DNA from: Squalus acanthias
Lineage: Eukaryota
Assembly (NCBI GenBank): GCA_030390025.1
Contig: CM059432.1
Location: 33,234,001 to 33,298,000, forward strand
Length of the DNA: 64,000 bases
Reading direction: 5' to 3'
The position numbers and the translations under genes are program-made. Positions 12,001 through 27,000 of the stretch are shown here, piece by piece; positions within the stretch are counted from its first letter, which is position 1, and every line of letters begins with the position of its first letter. The notes under the pieces are model-generated. The model made no database searches. It was not told the DNA's origin and worked only from the letters and a program-made list of their open reading frames with translations.

Positions 12001-15000
12001 CGCCATTCAATGCGATCATGGCTGATCATCCAAATTCAGAACCCTGTCCTCTCCCCATATCCCTTGATCCCTTTAGCCTTAAGAAATATATCCAACTCCT
12101 TCTTGAATATATTTAATGAATTGGCCTCTACTGCCTTCTGTGGTAGAGAATTCCACAGGTTCACCACTCTCTGGGTGAAGAAATTCCTCCTCATTTCTGT
12201 CCTAAATGGCTTACCCCTTATCCTTAGACTGTGACCCCTGGTTCTGGACTCCCCGACCATTGGGAACATCCTTCCTGCATCTAGTCTGTCCAGTCCTTTC
12301 AGAATTTTATAAGTTTCAATGAGATCCCCTCTCATTCTTCTAAACTCCAGCGAGTATAAGCCCAATCAACCCAATCTCTCCTCATACGTCATTCCTGCCA
12401 TCCCAGGTATCAGCCTGGTGAATCTTCGCTGAACTCCTTCCATGGCAAGAACATCCTTCCATGATAAGGTGACCAAAACTGCACACAATACTCAAGATGT
12501 GGTCTCACCAAGGCCCTGTACAACTGCAGCAAGACATCCTTGTTCCTGTACTCAAACCCTCTCGCTACGAAGGCCAACATAACATTTGCCTTCTTAACCG
12601 CCTGCTGCACCTGCATGCTTACCTTCAGCGACTGGTGCACAAGGACACCCAGGTCTCGTTGCACTTCCCCTTCTCCCAATCTATTGCCATTCAGATAATA
12701 ATCTGCCTTCCTGTTTTTGACACCAAAGTGGATAACCTCGCATTTATCCACATTATATTGCATCTGCCATGCTTCTGCCCAATCACCCAACCTGTCCAAA
12801 TCATCCTGGAGTTTCTCAGCATCCTCCTCACAGCACACACGCCCACCCAGCTTTGTGTCGTCTGCAAACTTGGAGATATTACATCTAGTTCCCTTGTCTA
12901 GATCATTAATATATATTGTGAATAGCTGGGGTCCAAGGACCGATCCCTGCGGTACCCCACTAGTCACTGCCTGCCACTCGGAAAAAGACCCGTTTATTCC
13001 AACTCTTTGCTTTCTGTCTGCCAACCAGTTCTCTATCCAAGTCAATACCTTGCCCCCAATCCCATGTGCCTTAACTTTACATGCTAATCTCTTATGCGGG
13101 ACCTTATCGAAAGCCTTTTGAAAGTCCAAATACACCACATCCACTGGTTCTCCCTTATCTATTTTACCAGTTACATCCTCAAAGAATTCCAGTAGATTAG
13201 TCGAGCACGATTTACCTTTTGTAAATCCATGTTGACTTTGTGAGACTGACAGCACAGCGTCTGACTTCATTCCTCGCCCCGTGATGAATGCCTCAGTACC
13301 CGAGGTTCATGGGACCTGTGGAACCGTACCCATAAAAGGTCAAATTCTTCCAGCGAGAAGGGGGAAATGGGGAAAAGCATACTCCGTGATGTACGTGTGG
13401 TGGCATGTTGAGAATGATATGGGATGGATCCTCGTACATTCTTCTGCAGCGTTTGTCTCCACGTTGGCTTACACGCAATTCTTTTCTTTTTAGGACCTCT
13501 TGTTTCTTCCAGAGCGCCGGCTTCGGGAAGACAGTAAAAACATTCCACTTTCCTGCGGAGATGGCAGGCTCTTGCTCTTTGACGACAGCCTGGTGATCAT
13601 TCAGGTAAAGGGCTCTGCATTCAGGGAAATGAGCAGAACATGGTTTCATTTGTCGATCTCGTTTGGTGCTCTGGTTTGGAAATAATGGAATGGAGAGCAC
13701 ACAAATATATGGAATATTGAATACTTGGGAGTGAGTTACAGGCTGGAATCTAATTGAAGGGTACAGATAGTTTCCACTGGAAATCGAGGCTACACAAGAG
13801 GGCAGAATTGGAGGAACGCAAAGGTCTCGGAGGCTTGTAGGGCCAGAGGATGTTACAGAGATAGGGAGGGGCGAGGCCATGGATTTGAACATAAGGATGA
13901 GCATTTTAAAATTGAGGCATTTGTTGACCAGGAGCCAGTGTAGGTCAGCGAGTACAGGGGCGATGCATGAATGGGACTTGGTGCGAGGTAGGATACAGGA
14001 TTTGGATGAGCTGCAGTTTATGGAGGGTGGAAGATAGGTGGTGAGCCAGGAGGTAACAAAAGCTTGGATGAGGTTTTCAGCAGCAGAGGGCTGAGGCAGG
14101 GTCAGAGATGGGCAATATTACAGAGGTGGAAGTAGGCGGTCTTTGTGACGGAGAAGATATGGGTTCGGAAGCTCAGCTCCAGGTCAAATAGGACGCAAGG
14201 TTAAGAACACTCTAGTTCAGTCTCAGACAATGACCAAGGAGGGAGAATGGAATCAGTGGCTAGGGAATGGAGTTTATGGTGGGGGCTGAAGACAATGGCT
14301 TTGGTCTTCCCAATATTTAATTGGGGGAAATTTCTGCTCATCCAGTACTGGATGTCGGGCAAGCAGTCTGACGACACCTCCGCTGCCTGTGTGTTAAGAG
14401 AGGTGATGGGTGTCATCAGTATACACGTGGAACCCGATGTGTATTCAGATAACATTGCCAAAAAGCAGCATGTAGATGTTAAATAGGAGGGCCAAAGTTA
14501 GATCCTTGGAGGACTCCAGAGGAAATGGTGCAGAAGTGGGAGGAGAAGCAATTGGATGAGATTCTCCGGCTACGACTGGATTGAATTGAATGGAACCAAA
14601 CTGAAGGCAATCCGATTCATCTGGACAGTCGAGAGAGGCTTTGGAGGAGGATGGTGTAATGTAGAGAAAAGTGGCAGTCAATTTGTGCACAGCAAAGTTC
14701 CACGAACAGCAAAAAAACAAATTATGTTTGTGATATTGGTTGAAGGATAAATATTGTCTAGGAGACCAAAACTTCCATTCTCAAATAGTACCATGGGATC
14801 TTTTACATCCACCTGAGAGGACAGTAGAGGCCTCAGTTTAGTGTCTCATCTCTCTTAGTCCTGCACTGAAGTATCAGCCTAGATTATATGCTCAAGTGTC
14901 CAGAGAGGGGCTTGACTCACAGCTTTTTGGCTTGGAGGTGGGAGTGCTACCATTGACCCAAGGCTGACAGTACTCAAGTACCGTCCTAGATTATGGGCTC

Positions 15001-18000
15001 AGACACTTCTTTGGCTACTTGGTGCCTCTGGCATTATTTGTTGTGGAATTACTTACTTTACTCTGTTACTTTTTCCTTTCTTTCCCTAGGGTTCTGAAAG
15101 TAACAGCTACAAGCTTGACACGCTGTGGGTGGAAGCAATGGTTGACACGAGCTCTGAAAGGTGAGCAGGAATTATACATCATGTCCAGCATTCTGGGAAC
15201 TTTACCCTTGGTTTACATTAACTTGAATCAGCTCAGCATTCCAAAGACTAGTTGACTTCTATGGTATCCGAGGGTGAAAGTTTCATAATGGGTTTTGGGA
15301 CATTACAAAAAGCTGTCTTGACCCTTTGTATGTACAGTAAAGGTAAACATATAGTATTCAAATTGACATAGAATGGTTACAGCACAGAAGGAAGCCATTC
15401 GGCCCGTCGAGCCCATGCCGGCTCTCTGCAAGAGCACTTCAGCTAGTACCACTCCCCGGCCCTTTCCCCATAGCTCTGCAATTTTTTTTCTTTCAGGTAC
15501 TTATCCAATTCCCTTTTGAAAGCCATGATTGAATCTGCCTCCACCACACTCTCGCGCAGTGCATTCCAGATCCTAACCACTCGCTGTGTAAAAAAGTTTT
15601 CCCTCATGTCGCCTTTGGTTCTTCTGCCAATCACCTTAAATCTGTCCTCTGGTTCTCGACCCTTCCGCCAATGGGAACAGTTTCTCTCTATCTACTCTGT
15701 GTAGACCCCTCATGATTTTGAACACCTCTGTCAAATCTCCTCTCACTCTTCTCTGCTCTAAGGAGAACAACCCCAGCTTCTCCAGCCTATCCACGTAACT
15801 GAAGTCCCTCATCCCTGAAGCATTCCTGTAAATCTTTTCTGCACCATCTCTAAGGCCTTCACATCCTAAAGTGCGGTGCCCAGAATGGGACACAATACTC
15901 CAGTTGAAGCCGAACCAGTGTTTTATAAAGGTTCATCATAACTTACTTGCTTTTGCACTCTATGCCTCTATTCATGAAGCCCAGGATACCGTATGGTTTT
16001 TTTTTAACCGCTTTCTCAACCTGCCCTGCCACCTTCAACGATTTGTACACATACACCCCCAGGTCTCTGTTCATGCACCCCCCTTTAGAATTGTACCCTT
16101 TAGTTTATATTGCCGCCTCTTGTTCTTCACTTTGCACTTTTCTGTGTTAAATTTCATCTGCCACGTGTCCACCCATTCCACCAGCCTGTCTATGTCTTCT
16201 TGAAGTCTATCACTATCCTCCTCACTGTTCACTATACTTCCAAGTTTTGTGTGCATCTACCAGAAGGTCAGAACTACACAAATAACAAAACTTTACGACA
16301 TTTATACTAGCCATGAAGTTGCCTTGGAAACTTGGGTTGATTTTTGGACATTTTCCAGAATACTGTTGCTAGCAGATTCTGGAACAGCTGTCCATTGGTT
16401 ACAAAATGGAATTGTTAACATAAAATGGATCCTTCAATAAAACCCGATTGCAACAATATCATTCTACAAAAAATCATGATATAAATGCTGAATAATTTGT
16501 ATAAACTGAATAAAACTCCCTGGGTCAGGCATCCCATTTTTTTTCTTCATCCTGTGTGGAACTGTCAGCAACATCTCGGCGTGTGTACTCTTGCCAGAAG
16601 ATCGTGGATTCGAGGCCTACTCTAGGACTTGAATTTATAATCTAGCCTGACACAACGCTGCAGTACTGAGGGAGTGTTGTGTAATTGGACATGAAGTAAC
16701 CTTGCAGGACAGGAGGTTACAGCTCTTGGTGAGGCCCCACTGAACAAGTAATACAAGTACCGTTAGTTCCTTGAAGCAATTTATTTGTTAATCATCAGAG
16801 CTAATTGACTTCTGTCATGACATGCCACCGGGTGGAACATCTCACCTGACCATTGAGAGAAGAGATCCCTCTTGTGGGGCCACAAGATTTGCGAAGTGCT
16901 ACTCAATGCAAGGACATTGGAGAACCGCCATCTCCAAAGTAATTGTGGGCTTATCAGAATTTAATTCTGGTGGAATCTTCTGGAAGACCCTGGGAATCGG
17001 GAGTAAATAGAGGGAGTTTTAACTCCTGTACTGCTTGTTTTCTTAAAGCCCTTTGTAATGGAAACTGCTACCACTGAGCCAAAGCTGGCACCTGGCCAAT
17101 TTTAGTCAAAATTCTGGGAATTTCTTCCTAACTCAGTGAGTAAATCATGGTTTTCCACGATGTATCGCTAGGTGAACCTAATTAACCCATAGGCCCTAAA
17201 ATCATTTTCCTCACAAACTTGTCGAGTCCCTTCCTAATCACCATATCAACAAAATGTATTCATATTTTGTTCAGGAATCAATTGAAGATCATTGTCCCAG
17301 AGGAAGAATTTATATTCAACTTGCAAGATTCCCAGGATAAGGTGAGCAAAAAATTTGGAGACTCTCAAGAGTGCAGGGGAAGTGATGGGGCCGGGTCGTC
17401 ACCTCTGATATCTGAATTCCAATGCAGTTCAGACCGATGGACTGCATTGAAATTGACTCCATTCTGGCTGCTGTGGTGTCCTGTGAAATGCATTTTGTCA
17501 GTCTGAATACAATTACTGTTTGGCCTTAAATTACATCTCAAAACTGTCCATAATTGGCTCCAAATTTTCATTTTGATACCCGTGTGGGAAATGAAAGCTC
17601 ACTGGTGATTCTGAGCTTGGAGTGAACACATATTGGAGGAAGACGACTTCTGGTTGCCATGTGTTACTGACAACATGTATACATTAGCTCACTGTTGCCA
17701 CTTCGACACATTTGGTGGAACGCTGGCCTCTGGGTCAGAAGGCCTAAGGTTCAAGCCCCACTCAAGGACTTGAGCACATAATGTAAGCTAGCATTCCAGT
17801 GCAATTATAAAGGAGTGCTTCATTGGTAAAGGTGCTGTGCTTTGGATCAAATGTCAAGCCAAGGCTCTGTCTGCTGGTTTAGTGGACGTTCAAGATCCCA
17901 TGGCACTATTTGAAGAATATCAAGGGGTTCTCCCAGTAATAGAGTCATAGAGTTATACAGCACAGAAGAGGCCCTTCTGCCCATCGTGTCCGCACCGGCC

Positions 18001-21000
18001 ATCAAGCCCTGTCTATTCTAATCCCATTTTCCAGCACTTGCTCCGTAGCCTTGTATGCTATGGCGTTTCAAGTGCTCATCTAAATGCTTCTTGAATGTTG
18101 TGAGGGTTCCTGCCTCTACCACCCTTTCAGGCAGTGAGTTCCAGATTCCAACCACCCTCTGGGTGAAAAAGGTTTTCCTCAAATCCCCTCTAAATCTCCC
18201 GCCCCTTACCTTGAAACTATGCCCCCTGGTTATTGACCCCTCTACTAAGGGGAAAAGTTCCTTTCTATCTCCCCTATCTATGCCCCTCATAATTTTGTAC
18301 ACCCCAATCAGGTCCCCCCTCAGCCTTCTCTGCTCTAAGGAAAACAACCCCAGCCTGTCCAGTCTCTCTTCATAGCTGAAGCACTCCAGCCCAGGTAACA
18401 TCCTGGTGAATCTCCTCTGCACCCTCTCCAATGCAATCACACCCCTCCTATAGTGTGGCGCCCAGAACTGCACACGGTATTCCAGCTGTGGCCTAACTAA
18501 CGTTTTGTACAGCTCCATCATAACCTCCCTGCTCTTATATTCTATGCCTCGGCTAATGAAGGCAAGTATCCCACATGCCTTTTTAACCACCTTATCTACC
18601 TGTCCTGCTGCCTTCAGGGATCTATGTACATGCACACCAAGGTTCCTCTGTCCTTCCTAGGGTCCTACCATTCATTGTTTATTCCCTTGCCTTGTTAGTC
18701 CTCCCATAATGCATCACCTCACACTTTTCAGGGTTAAATTCCATTTACCACTGTTCTGCCCATCTAGCCAACCCGTCTATATCGTCCTGTAGCCTGAGGC
18801 TTCCCTCCTCGCTGTTTACCACTCCACCAATTTTTGTGTCATCTGCGAACTTACTGATCATACCTCCTACATTCATATCTAAATCATTAATGTACACTAC
18901 AAACAGCAAAGGACCCAGCACCAATCCCTGCGGTACACCACTGGACACAGGCTTCCAGTCACAAAAACAACCTTCGACCATCACCCTCTGCCTCCTGCCA
19001 CTAAGCCAATTTTGGATCCAATGTGCCAAATTGCCCTGGATCCCATGGGCTCTTACCTTCTTGACCAGTCTCCCATGCGGGACTTTGTCAAAAGCCTTAC
19101 TGAAGTCCATGTAGACTACATCAACTGCACTACCCTCATCCATACACCTAGTCACCCCCTCGAAAAATTCAATCAAATTGGTTAGACATGATCTTCCCCC
19201 TGACAAAGCCATGCTGACTATCCTTGATTAATCCTTGCCTCTCCGAGTGAAGACTAACTCTGTCCCTCAGAATTTTTTCCAATAATTTCCCTACCACTGA
19301 TGTTAGGTTCACTGGCCTATAATTCCCTGGTTTATCCCTACTACCCTTCTTGAATAATGGTACTACGTTAGCTGTTCTCCAGTCCTCTGGCACCTCCCTT
19401 GTGGCCAGAGAGGTTCTGAAAATTTGTGTCAGTGCCCCTGCAATCTCCTCCCTTGCCTCACACAGCAGCCTGGGATACATCTCGTCTGGGGATTTATCCA
19501 CTTTTAAGCCCGCTAAAACCGCTAGTACCTCCTCCCTCTCTAATTTGTTCAAGTATATCACAATCTCCCTGCCTGATTTCTATGCCTACATCGTCCTTCT
19601 CCACAGTGAACACAGATGCAAAATATTAATTTAAAACCTCACCTACATCTTCCGGCTCTACACACAGATTGCCACTTTGGTCCCTAATGGGCCCTACTCT
19701 TTCCCTGGTTATCCTCTTGCCCTTAATATACTTATAAAACACCTTGGGATTTTCCTTTATTTTGCCCGCCATTGTTTTTTCATGCCCCCTCTTCGCTCTC
19801 CTAATTTCTTTAAGTACCCCCCTGCACTTCCTATACTCCTTTGGGCTTCCACTGTTTTTAGTCCTTTGTATCTGCCAAAAGCCTCCCTTTTTTTCCTAAT
19901 CCATTCTTGTATATCCCTCGACATCCAGGGCTCCCTGGGTTTGTTGGTCCCACCCTTGACCTTTACGGGAACATGTTGGCGTTGTACTCTCTATTTCCTT
20001 TCTGAAAGACTCCCACTGCTCTGATGTGGATTTTCCTACAGTTGCTTATCCCAATCCACTTTGGCCAGATCCTGCCTTATCATATTAAAATCGGCCTTCC
20101 CCCAATTTAGAACCTTTATTTCCGGTCCATCTTTGTCCTTTTCCATGACTACCTTAAATCTCACTGAATTATGGTCACTGTCACCAAAATGCTCTCCTAC
20201 TGACACTTCTACCACTTGCCTGGCTACATTCCCTAGAATTAGGTCCAGTACCGCCCCCTCTCTTGTAGGACTTTCTACATGCTGGCTCAAAAAGCTCTCC
20301 TGGATGCACTTTAAGAATTCCGCACTCTCTAAGCCTTTCACACTCTGACTATCCCAGTTAATATTGGGGAAGTTGAAATCCCTACTATTATTACCCTATT
20401 GTTTCTACACTTCTCTGAGATTTGCCGACATATCTGTTCCTCTATCTCCCCCGACTGTTTGGGGGCCTATAGTACACTCCCAGCAAAGTGCTTGCCCCCT
20501 TTTTGTTTCTAAGTTCTACCCATATGGCCAGCATTCATCTCCCAACCAAAGAGATTAACTGGTCATTTATCTCCTTGTTGTTTGTGGAGTGTTGCTGTGA
20601 TCAAATTGGATACCTACGTAACAACAGTGACTACAGTTCAAAATAGTGCTTTGGGACATTCTGAGGACGAGATTTAAAAAAAAAATTCTTTCTTTTGTTT
20701 GCTATTCTTAGTGAAATCCTAAATTCATTCTTTTGGAAAGAAAGACTTGCATTAATATAGCGCCTTTCATGACCACCGGATGTCCCAAAGCACTTCAGTC
20801 AATGACGTACTTGTTGAAGTGTACTTACTGTTGTAATGCCGGAAAGGCGGCAGCCAATTTCTGCATAGGAAGCTCCCACAAACAGCAATGTGATAATGAC
20901 CAGATAATCTGTTCTTTTAGTGATGTTTTGGTGCACACGTCAAGTTAGTGAGCATAGGAATTCTTCCCAGAATATTAGTCTGAATAGAGGGTGCTTGACC

Positions 21001-24000
21001 CTAAGGCTAATTTTAACACTCTGCCAGGCAGAAAAGGGAGGTAGCGGCAATAAAACTGGACAGTGTATGCCGTGCACGCTTCATCCAGTTGAACCAGGGG
21101 GTGAAGAGTAAGAGGCCCCAAAAAGGTAAGTAATGATTTATTTTTATGGGGCCTGGAGATGTGGCCCCTGGACCTACCTGCCTGTGTGTTGGGTTGTTTT
21201 CCGAGCTACCCAATATAATGCCAGGCCGGAGCGGAGAGCTGCAGCGGGGATGCCCGTTTGGGGCATGCAGCTCACCAGTGCCACGTAAATGCGGCCTGGC
21301 CCCTGAAATGGACCGGGCATCCCGCTAGCAGAATCGGGCATCCAGCCCTCGCACTCTGTTAGCTGGCCGCCCGCCCGACAGTTAAAATCTACCCGTGTGT
21401 CGAATCCAATTTGAAAGTGCTGCACAACACCCATTGTAAAATCTTCTGAACCATATCCATCCTTTGCTTTGATGCACCCAGAATTAACTTAAAATGTGTT
21501 TGTTTCATTTGAAAATGGCGCGAATGTGAGGTGACAGCAGCATATCGTAGCTTTCCATCCAGGACAATTTCTGATACATTCCAGAACACACACGGGGTCA
21601 TTCTTGGCTCAGTGGTAGCACTCTCGCCTCTTTGAGTCAGAAGGTTGCAGATTGAAGCCCCACTCCAGGGACTTGAGCACATATTCTAGGCTTGACACCT
21701 TAGTGTTGTACTGAGGGAGTGCTGCACGGTCGGAGGTGCTGGCTTTTGGATGAGATGTTAAACCGAGGCCCCGTCTGCCCTTTCAGGAGGCTGTAAAAGA
21801 TTTCATGGCACTGTTCGAAGAAGAGCAGGACAGTTCTTCTGGTGCCCTGCCTAACACTTATCTCTCAAGGAACATTACCAAAAGCAGGGTATCTAGTTAT
21901 TTATCTCATTTGCTGTTTTGCGACATTGCTGTATGCCAATTGGCTGCTGTTTGTCTACATTATAACAGTGACTACACTTCAAAAAGTACTTATTTTGCTG
22001 TAAAGCCCGATGGGACATCCTGAGGTTGTGAAAGGTGCAATATAAATGCAAGTTCTTCTCGCATATTCATCCTATCCAACTCTGTTCTTGTGATTCACAG
22101 ATTGTGTGGTTTTGGAAGCTGAACCAAGCCATTCGGCAGCACTTGGATGGCAAGCTGGATTTCCCTTTGTGGGGTGAAGAAGGTGCTGAGAATTCATGCA
22201 ATGTGCCTGCTTATCGTTTTGCTGCCTACACTTTTATCAACAACCCTCGATTTAAGGATGCAGTCTATGAGGGAGACTGGTATTCAGGGAAACCCCACGG
22301 CAGGTTTGTTTGGAGTTTGTTAGCCTTTTCAACAAAGGCCTAACTATAAAGTACCAACATGCTGGAAATTGCTTGGAATGTTTATTGTGGTGCAGTGTGT
22401 TCTGAGCAAAATTAAATTTTGCTGCCTATTGCTGTTTCTTTTACTGACCTATATATGTACAGTGGAACCTTGTTTATATATACTCCCATTAACAGCCTTT
22501 GTATTAAACTGAGTGAAATGGCAGTGGTGAGATAAGTGCAACACACTGCAGAAAGCAGAGAGAGAGGAGCATTGATCAGCTGTAGGGGGATGAGAGAGGA
22601 GCATTGATCAGCTGTAGGGGAGTGAGAGAGGAGAGCATTGATCAGCTGTAGGGGCAGTGAGAGAGGAGAGCATTGATCAGCTGTAGGGGGATGAGAGAGG
22701 AGCATTGATCAGCTGTAGGGGAGTGAGAGAGGAGCATTGATCAGCTGTAGGGGCAGTGAGAGGAGCATTGATCAGCTGTAGGGGGAGTGAGAGAGGAGCA
22801 TTGATCAGCTGTAGGGGGCAGTGAGAGAGGAGCATTGATCAGCTGTAGGGGGAGTGAGAGGAGCATTGATCAGCTGTAGGGGCAGTGAGAGGAGCATTGA
22901 TCAGCTGTAGGGGGCAGTGAGAGGAGCATTGATCAGCTGTAGGGACAGTGAGAGAGGAGCATTGATCAGCTGTAGGGGGAGTGGGAGAGGAGCATTGATC
23001 AGCTGTAGGGGCAGTGAGAGGAGCATTGATCAGCTGTAGGGGGAGTGAGAGGAGCATTGATCAGCTGTAGGGGCAGTGGGAGAGGAGCATTGATCAGCTG
23101 TAGGGGCAGTGGGAGAGGAGCATTGATCAGCTGTAGGGGCAGTGGGAGAGGAGCATTGATCAGCTGTAGGGGCAGTGGGAGAGGAGCATTGATCAGCTGT
23201 AGGGGCAGTGAGAGAGGAGCATTGATCAGCTGTAGGGGCAGTGGGAGAGGAGCATTGATCAGCTGTAGGGGGAGTGGGAGAGGAGCATTGATCAGCTGTA
23301 GGGGGAGTGGGAGAGGAGCATTGATCAGCTGTAGGGGGAGTGGGAGAGGAGCATTGATCAGCTGTAGGGGGCAGTGGGAGAGGAGCATTGATCAGCTGTA
23401 GGGGGAGTGGGAGAGGAGCATTGATCAGCTGTAGGGGGCAGTGAGAGAGGAGCATTGATCAGCTGTAGGGGCAGTGGGAGAGGAGCATTGATCAGCTGTA
23501 GGGGGAGTGAGAGAGGAGCATTGATCAGCTGTAGGGGCAGTGAGAGAGGAGCATTGATCAGCTGTAGGGACAGTGAGAGGAGCATTGATCAGCTGTAGGG
23601 ACAGTGAGAGGAGCATTGATCAGCTGTAGGGGCAGTGGGAGAGGAGCATTGATCAGCTGTAGGGGGAGTGAGAGGAGCATTGATCAGCTGTAGGGGCAGA
23701 GAGAGAGGAGCATTGATCAGCTGTAGGGGCAGTGGGAGAGGAGCATTGATCAGCTGTAGGGGCAGAGAGAGAGGAGCATTGATCAGCTGTAGGGGCAGTG
23801 GGAGAGGAGCATTGATCAGCTGTAGGGGGAGTGAGAGGAGCATTGATCAGCTGTAGGGGCAGTGGGAGAGGAGCATTGATCAGCTGTAGGGGCAGAGAGA
23901 GAGGAGCATTGATCAGCTGTAGGGGCAGAGAGAGAGGAGCATTGATCAGCTGTAGGGGCAGTGGGAGAGGAGCATTGATCAGCTGTAGGGGCAGTGGGAG

Positions 24001-27000
24001 AGGAGCATTGATCAGCTGTAGGGGCAGAGAGAGAGGAGAGATCAGCGGCAGCATTGGTGCTTCTTACATTATGGTTTTCATATTTTGCTTTTCAAATCTT
24101 TTGCCAGCTTATTGCTAACTCAGTCAAAGATCTGAAAAGTTTCTTGGTGGTTAATGGAGATTCCATCCTTTCTGTCTAGCTTTATTATCTCTTGGTTTGT
24201 CCAAGCACACCTAGGCCACTAATTTAAATATCTTGTCAGGTGCAATGCACTTCAGATCACAACATAGGACCAGGAGGAGGCCATTTAGCCCCTCGAGCTT
24301 GTTCCGCCATTCAATGAGATCATGGTTGATCTGCGATCTAACTCCATATATACCCGCCTTTGGCCCATATCCCTTAATAACTTTGGTTAACAAAAATCTA
24401 TCAATCTCAGATTTAAAATTAACAATTGATCTAGCATCAATTGCCGTTTGTGGAAGAGAGTTCCAAAGTTCTACCACCCTTTGTGTGTAGAAGTGTTTCC
24501 AAATTTCACTCCTGAAAGGTCTGGCTCTAATTTTTAGACTATGCCCCCTCGTTCTCGAATCCCCAACCAGCAGAAATAGTTTCTCTCTATCTACCCTATC
24601 TGTTCGCCTTAATATCTTGAAAACTTTGACCAAGTCTTTAACCTTTTAAATTCCAGGGAATACAACCCTAGTTTGTGTAATCCTTCCTTGTATTTTAAAA
24701 ATTGGCGTCCGGGTATCATTCTGGTAAATTTACTTTGCACTCCCTCCAAGCCAATGTATCTTTCCTAATGTGTGGTGCCCAGAATTGCTTGCATTACTCC
24801 ATGTGTGGTCTAACCAGGGCTTTGTATAACTGCAGCATAACTTCTGCCCCCTTGTATTCTAGTCCTCTAGATATAAAAGCTACCATTCCATTAGCCTTTT
24901 TTATTCTCTGTACCTGTTCATCACAAGTTGAAGAACATGTTGAGAACCATCTTAATGGCATGACCAGGTTCAAGTGTTCTCCTGGTTGGATGAAAAACTG
25001 GTCTTTGGAACTGTTTTTAAGCCAGTGCAGACCACATGGATCTTAACTCCAGAACTGACAAGTTTACAAGTTTATTTTTTTATGTTTGCAACAATAGGTT
25101 TTATAAATATGGCTATGGCGTGCAAAAGGAAAGCGGTAACACTAAACTTATACCATTTATTGGTTAGGTAGCAGTTAGAACGTTGTCAAGTCTTGGTTGC
25201 CTGACTTGAGGAAGGATGTCAGTGCCATGGAGCAGGTGCAGAAGATGGAATGCATTGCCTGAAACGGTTGTGGAAACAGATTCAATAGTAACTTCAAAAG
25301 GGAATTGGATATATACTTGAAAAGGAAAACATTTGCAGGGATATCAGGAAAGAGCAGGAGAGTGGGACTAATTGGATAGGTCTTTCCAAGAGCCGGCACA
25401 GGCATGATGAGCTTAATGGTGCTTTCTGTGCTGTAAGATTGAATGAAGAGAAGCGTATTATGATGATGACTCATTTCTGTGATCGGGCCCTTCAGATGAA
25501 GAGCTTTCACTCCCAGGACGTGCAAGTTGGAAAATCGTGGGCCCTCGATCCCTGATGGATGGAAACTCGCGAGGTGTGGACTCACGATTTTCTGACCTGC
25601 GCTGCTTCCCAATGCTGCTCATCACCGGGTGAGCCCGAATGTGGAATTGGCCCCTTCGTTCCTACTTTGCCACCATCTTGAATTTTCTTGGACCAGGGTT
25701 GGCAGTACGTTAATAACCGGTATTTTCATTGCTTTAGTGGAATCATGAAATGGCCGGATGGACGAAATTATGCTGGACATTACGAAGGTGGTCAGGAACA
25801 TGGGTAAGAAAAGCTCTGTGTGAAAATAGTCAAATATAACTTTTCCGATGCAAGGAAATTTGTCATTTCTTTGATCAAGTGTGAAGGGCTTGAAATAACA
25901 ACAGAAAATGCTGGAAACACTTAGCAGGCTAGCAGCATCCGCGGAGAGAGAAACAGGAGAGAGAAACAGAGTTGACATTTCAGGTCTGTGACCCTTTGTC
26001 GGAACTGGAAAAAGTTAGGGATGTAAACGGTTTTAAGCAGGTGCAGAAGCAGGGGAAGGGGAGGAAGGAATAGAAGGGACGCTCTGTGCTGAGCTGGAAG
26101 GCAGGAGAGATTAAGGGGTAAAAATTCACTTGGTTGCGCCACCCGTTAGCGCCTTAAGAGGGCGCTAATGGGGCGCAAAGCCGCTAACGCCCGGGCGCAG
26201 CGATGTTTGCGCCGCTCGAGAACTTAACTTGAGATTGTGCGGCGGCGCTAAAACTTACCGCTGCGACCACCTGCGCGCGCAGATTGTGACGTCATTCCAT
26301 GGTGCAACGCCCTTGGGGCGCCCCGTAGCGGAAATTGAGTGGCGCCCCCTGCCTTACCGCCTGGCGCTTCCAACGACCAGAAGACTGGAACGCTATCAAT
26401 CGCTGTGGGGCTGGGGGGGGCGCTATTTAAAGGGGGCCTCTTCCTGTCTTTTATTGTTGGTGGCATTTCTGAACTACGCATTCTGAGAGAGAGAGGGAGA
26501 GACTTCTGGAGAGATTCAACGTTGTGTGAAGGAGTTTTGGGTACTGAGCAGCACTTTGCAGGTTCATTTTGATTTGCCATTCCTTGTATCGATTTAGCAG
26601 AGACCGTGGGAGCTGCACTCTGAGCTCTTTGCCTGGTGCTCTCCATTGTTCTTTCCAGCACATTTGATGTGCAAGTCTCTCCAGGCCGAGATTCAAGGCA
26701 GCAATGAACAGGATGTGGATGGAAAGCAAGATTAACCATCCCCTTTAAGAACTGGCCCGTGCCATTGTGTGTGTGTTCCATTGCTGACTGACATTACATG
26801 AGCTTCGCCAGCGCTCCGAGTTAGCGCCTCACTGCTCGGCCTTTGCGCCTTAGAGAGGTGTGCAGCGCCTGCTTTAGCGCTCCACTCACCTCCCGGGGCG
26901 GTAAAAGTGAAGTTTCCCGTCAGTGCCGATAATTAGCGCCAGGCGCTAATATTTGCGTCCGGACGATATTTGCGCCCCAAATGGGGCGCGACCTAATTTC

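Noticed and set aside
21597..21670. tRNA gene
   Set aside because: A/B-box-like head without a proper cloverleaf, continuing into the SINE body.
22558..24046. CRISPR-like array (constant core with variable linkers)
   Set aside because: Linkers are about 10-nt variants of one sequence rather than unique spacers; there are no cas genes and the context is a vertebrate intron.
22412..24118. Repetitive ORFs (PLQLINAP, RGALISC, PTADQCSS)
   Set aside because: By-products of the 33-bp unit, broken by frameshifting unit variants.
26248..26781. 177-aa ORF as a transposase
   Set aside because: No DDE or clear Myb/SANT motif recognisable; probably a chance ORF in GC-rich MITE sequence.
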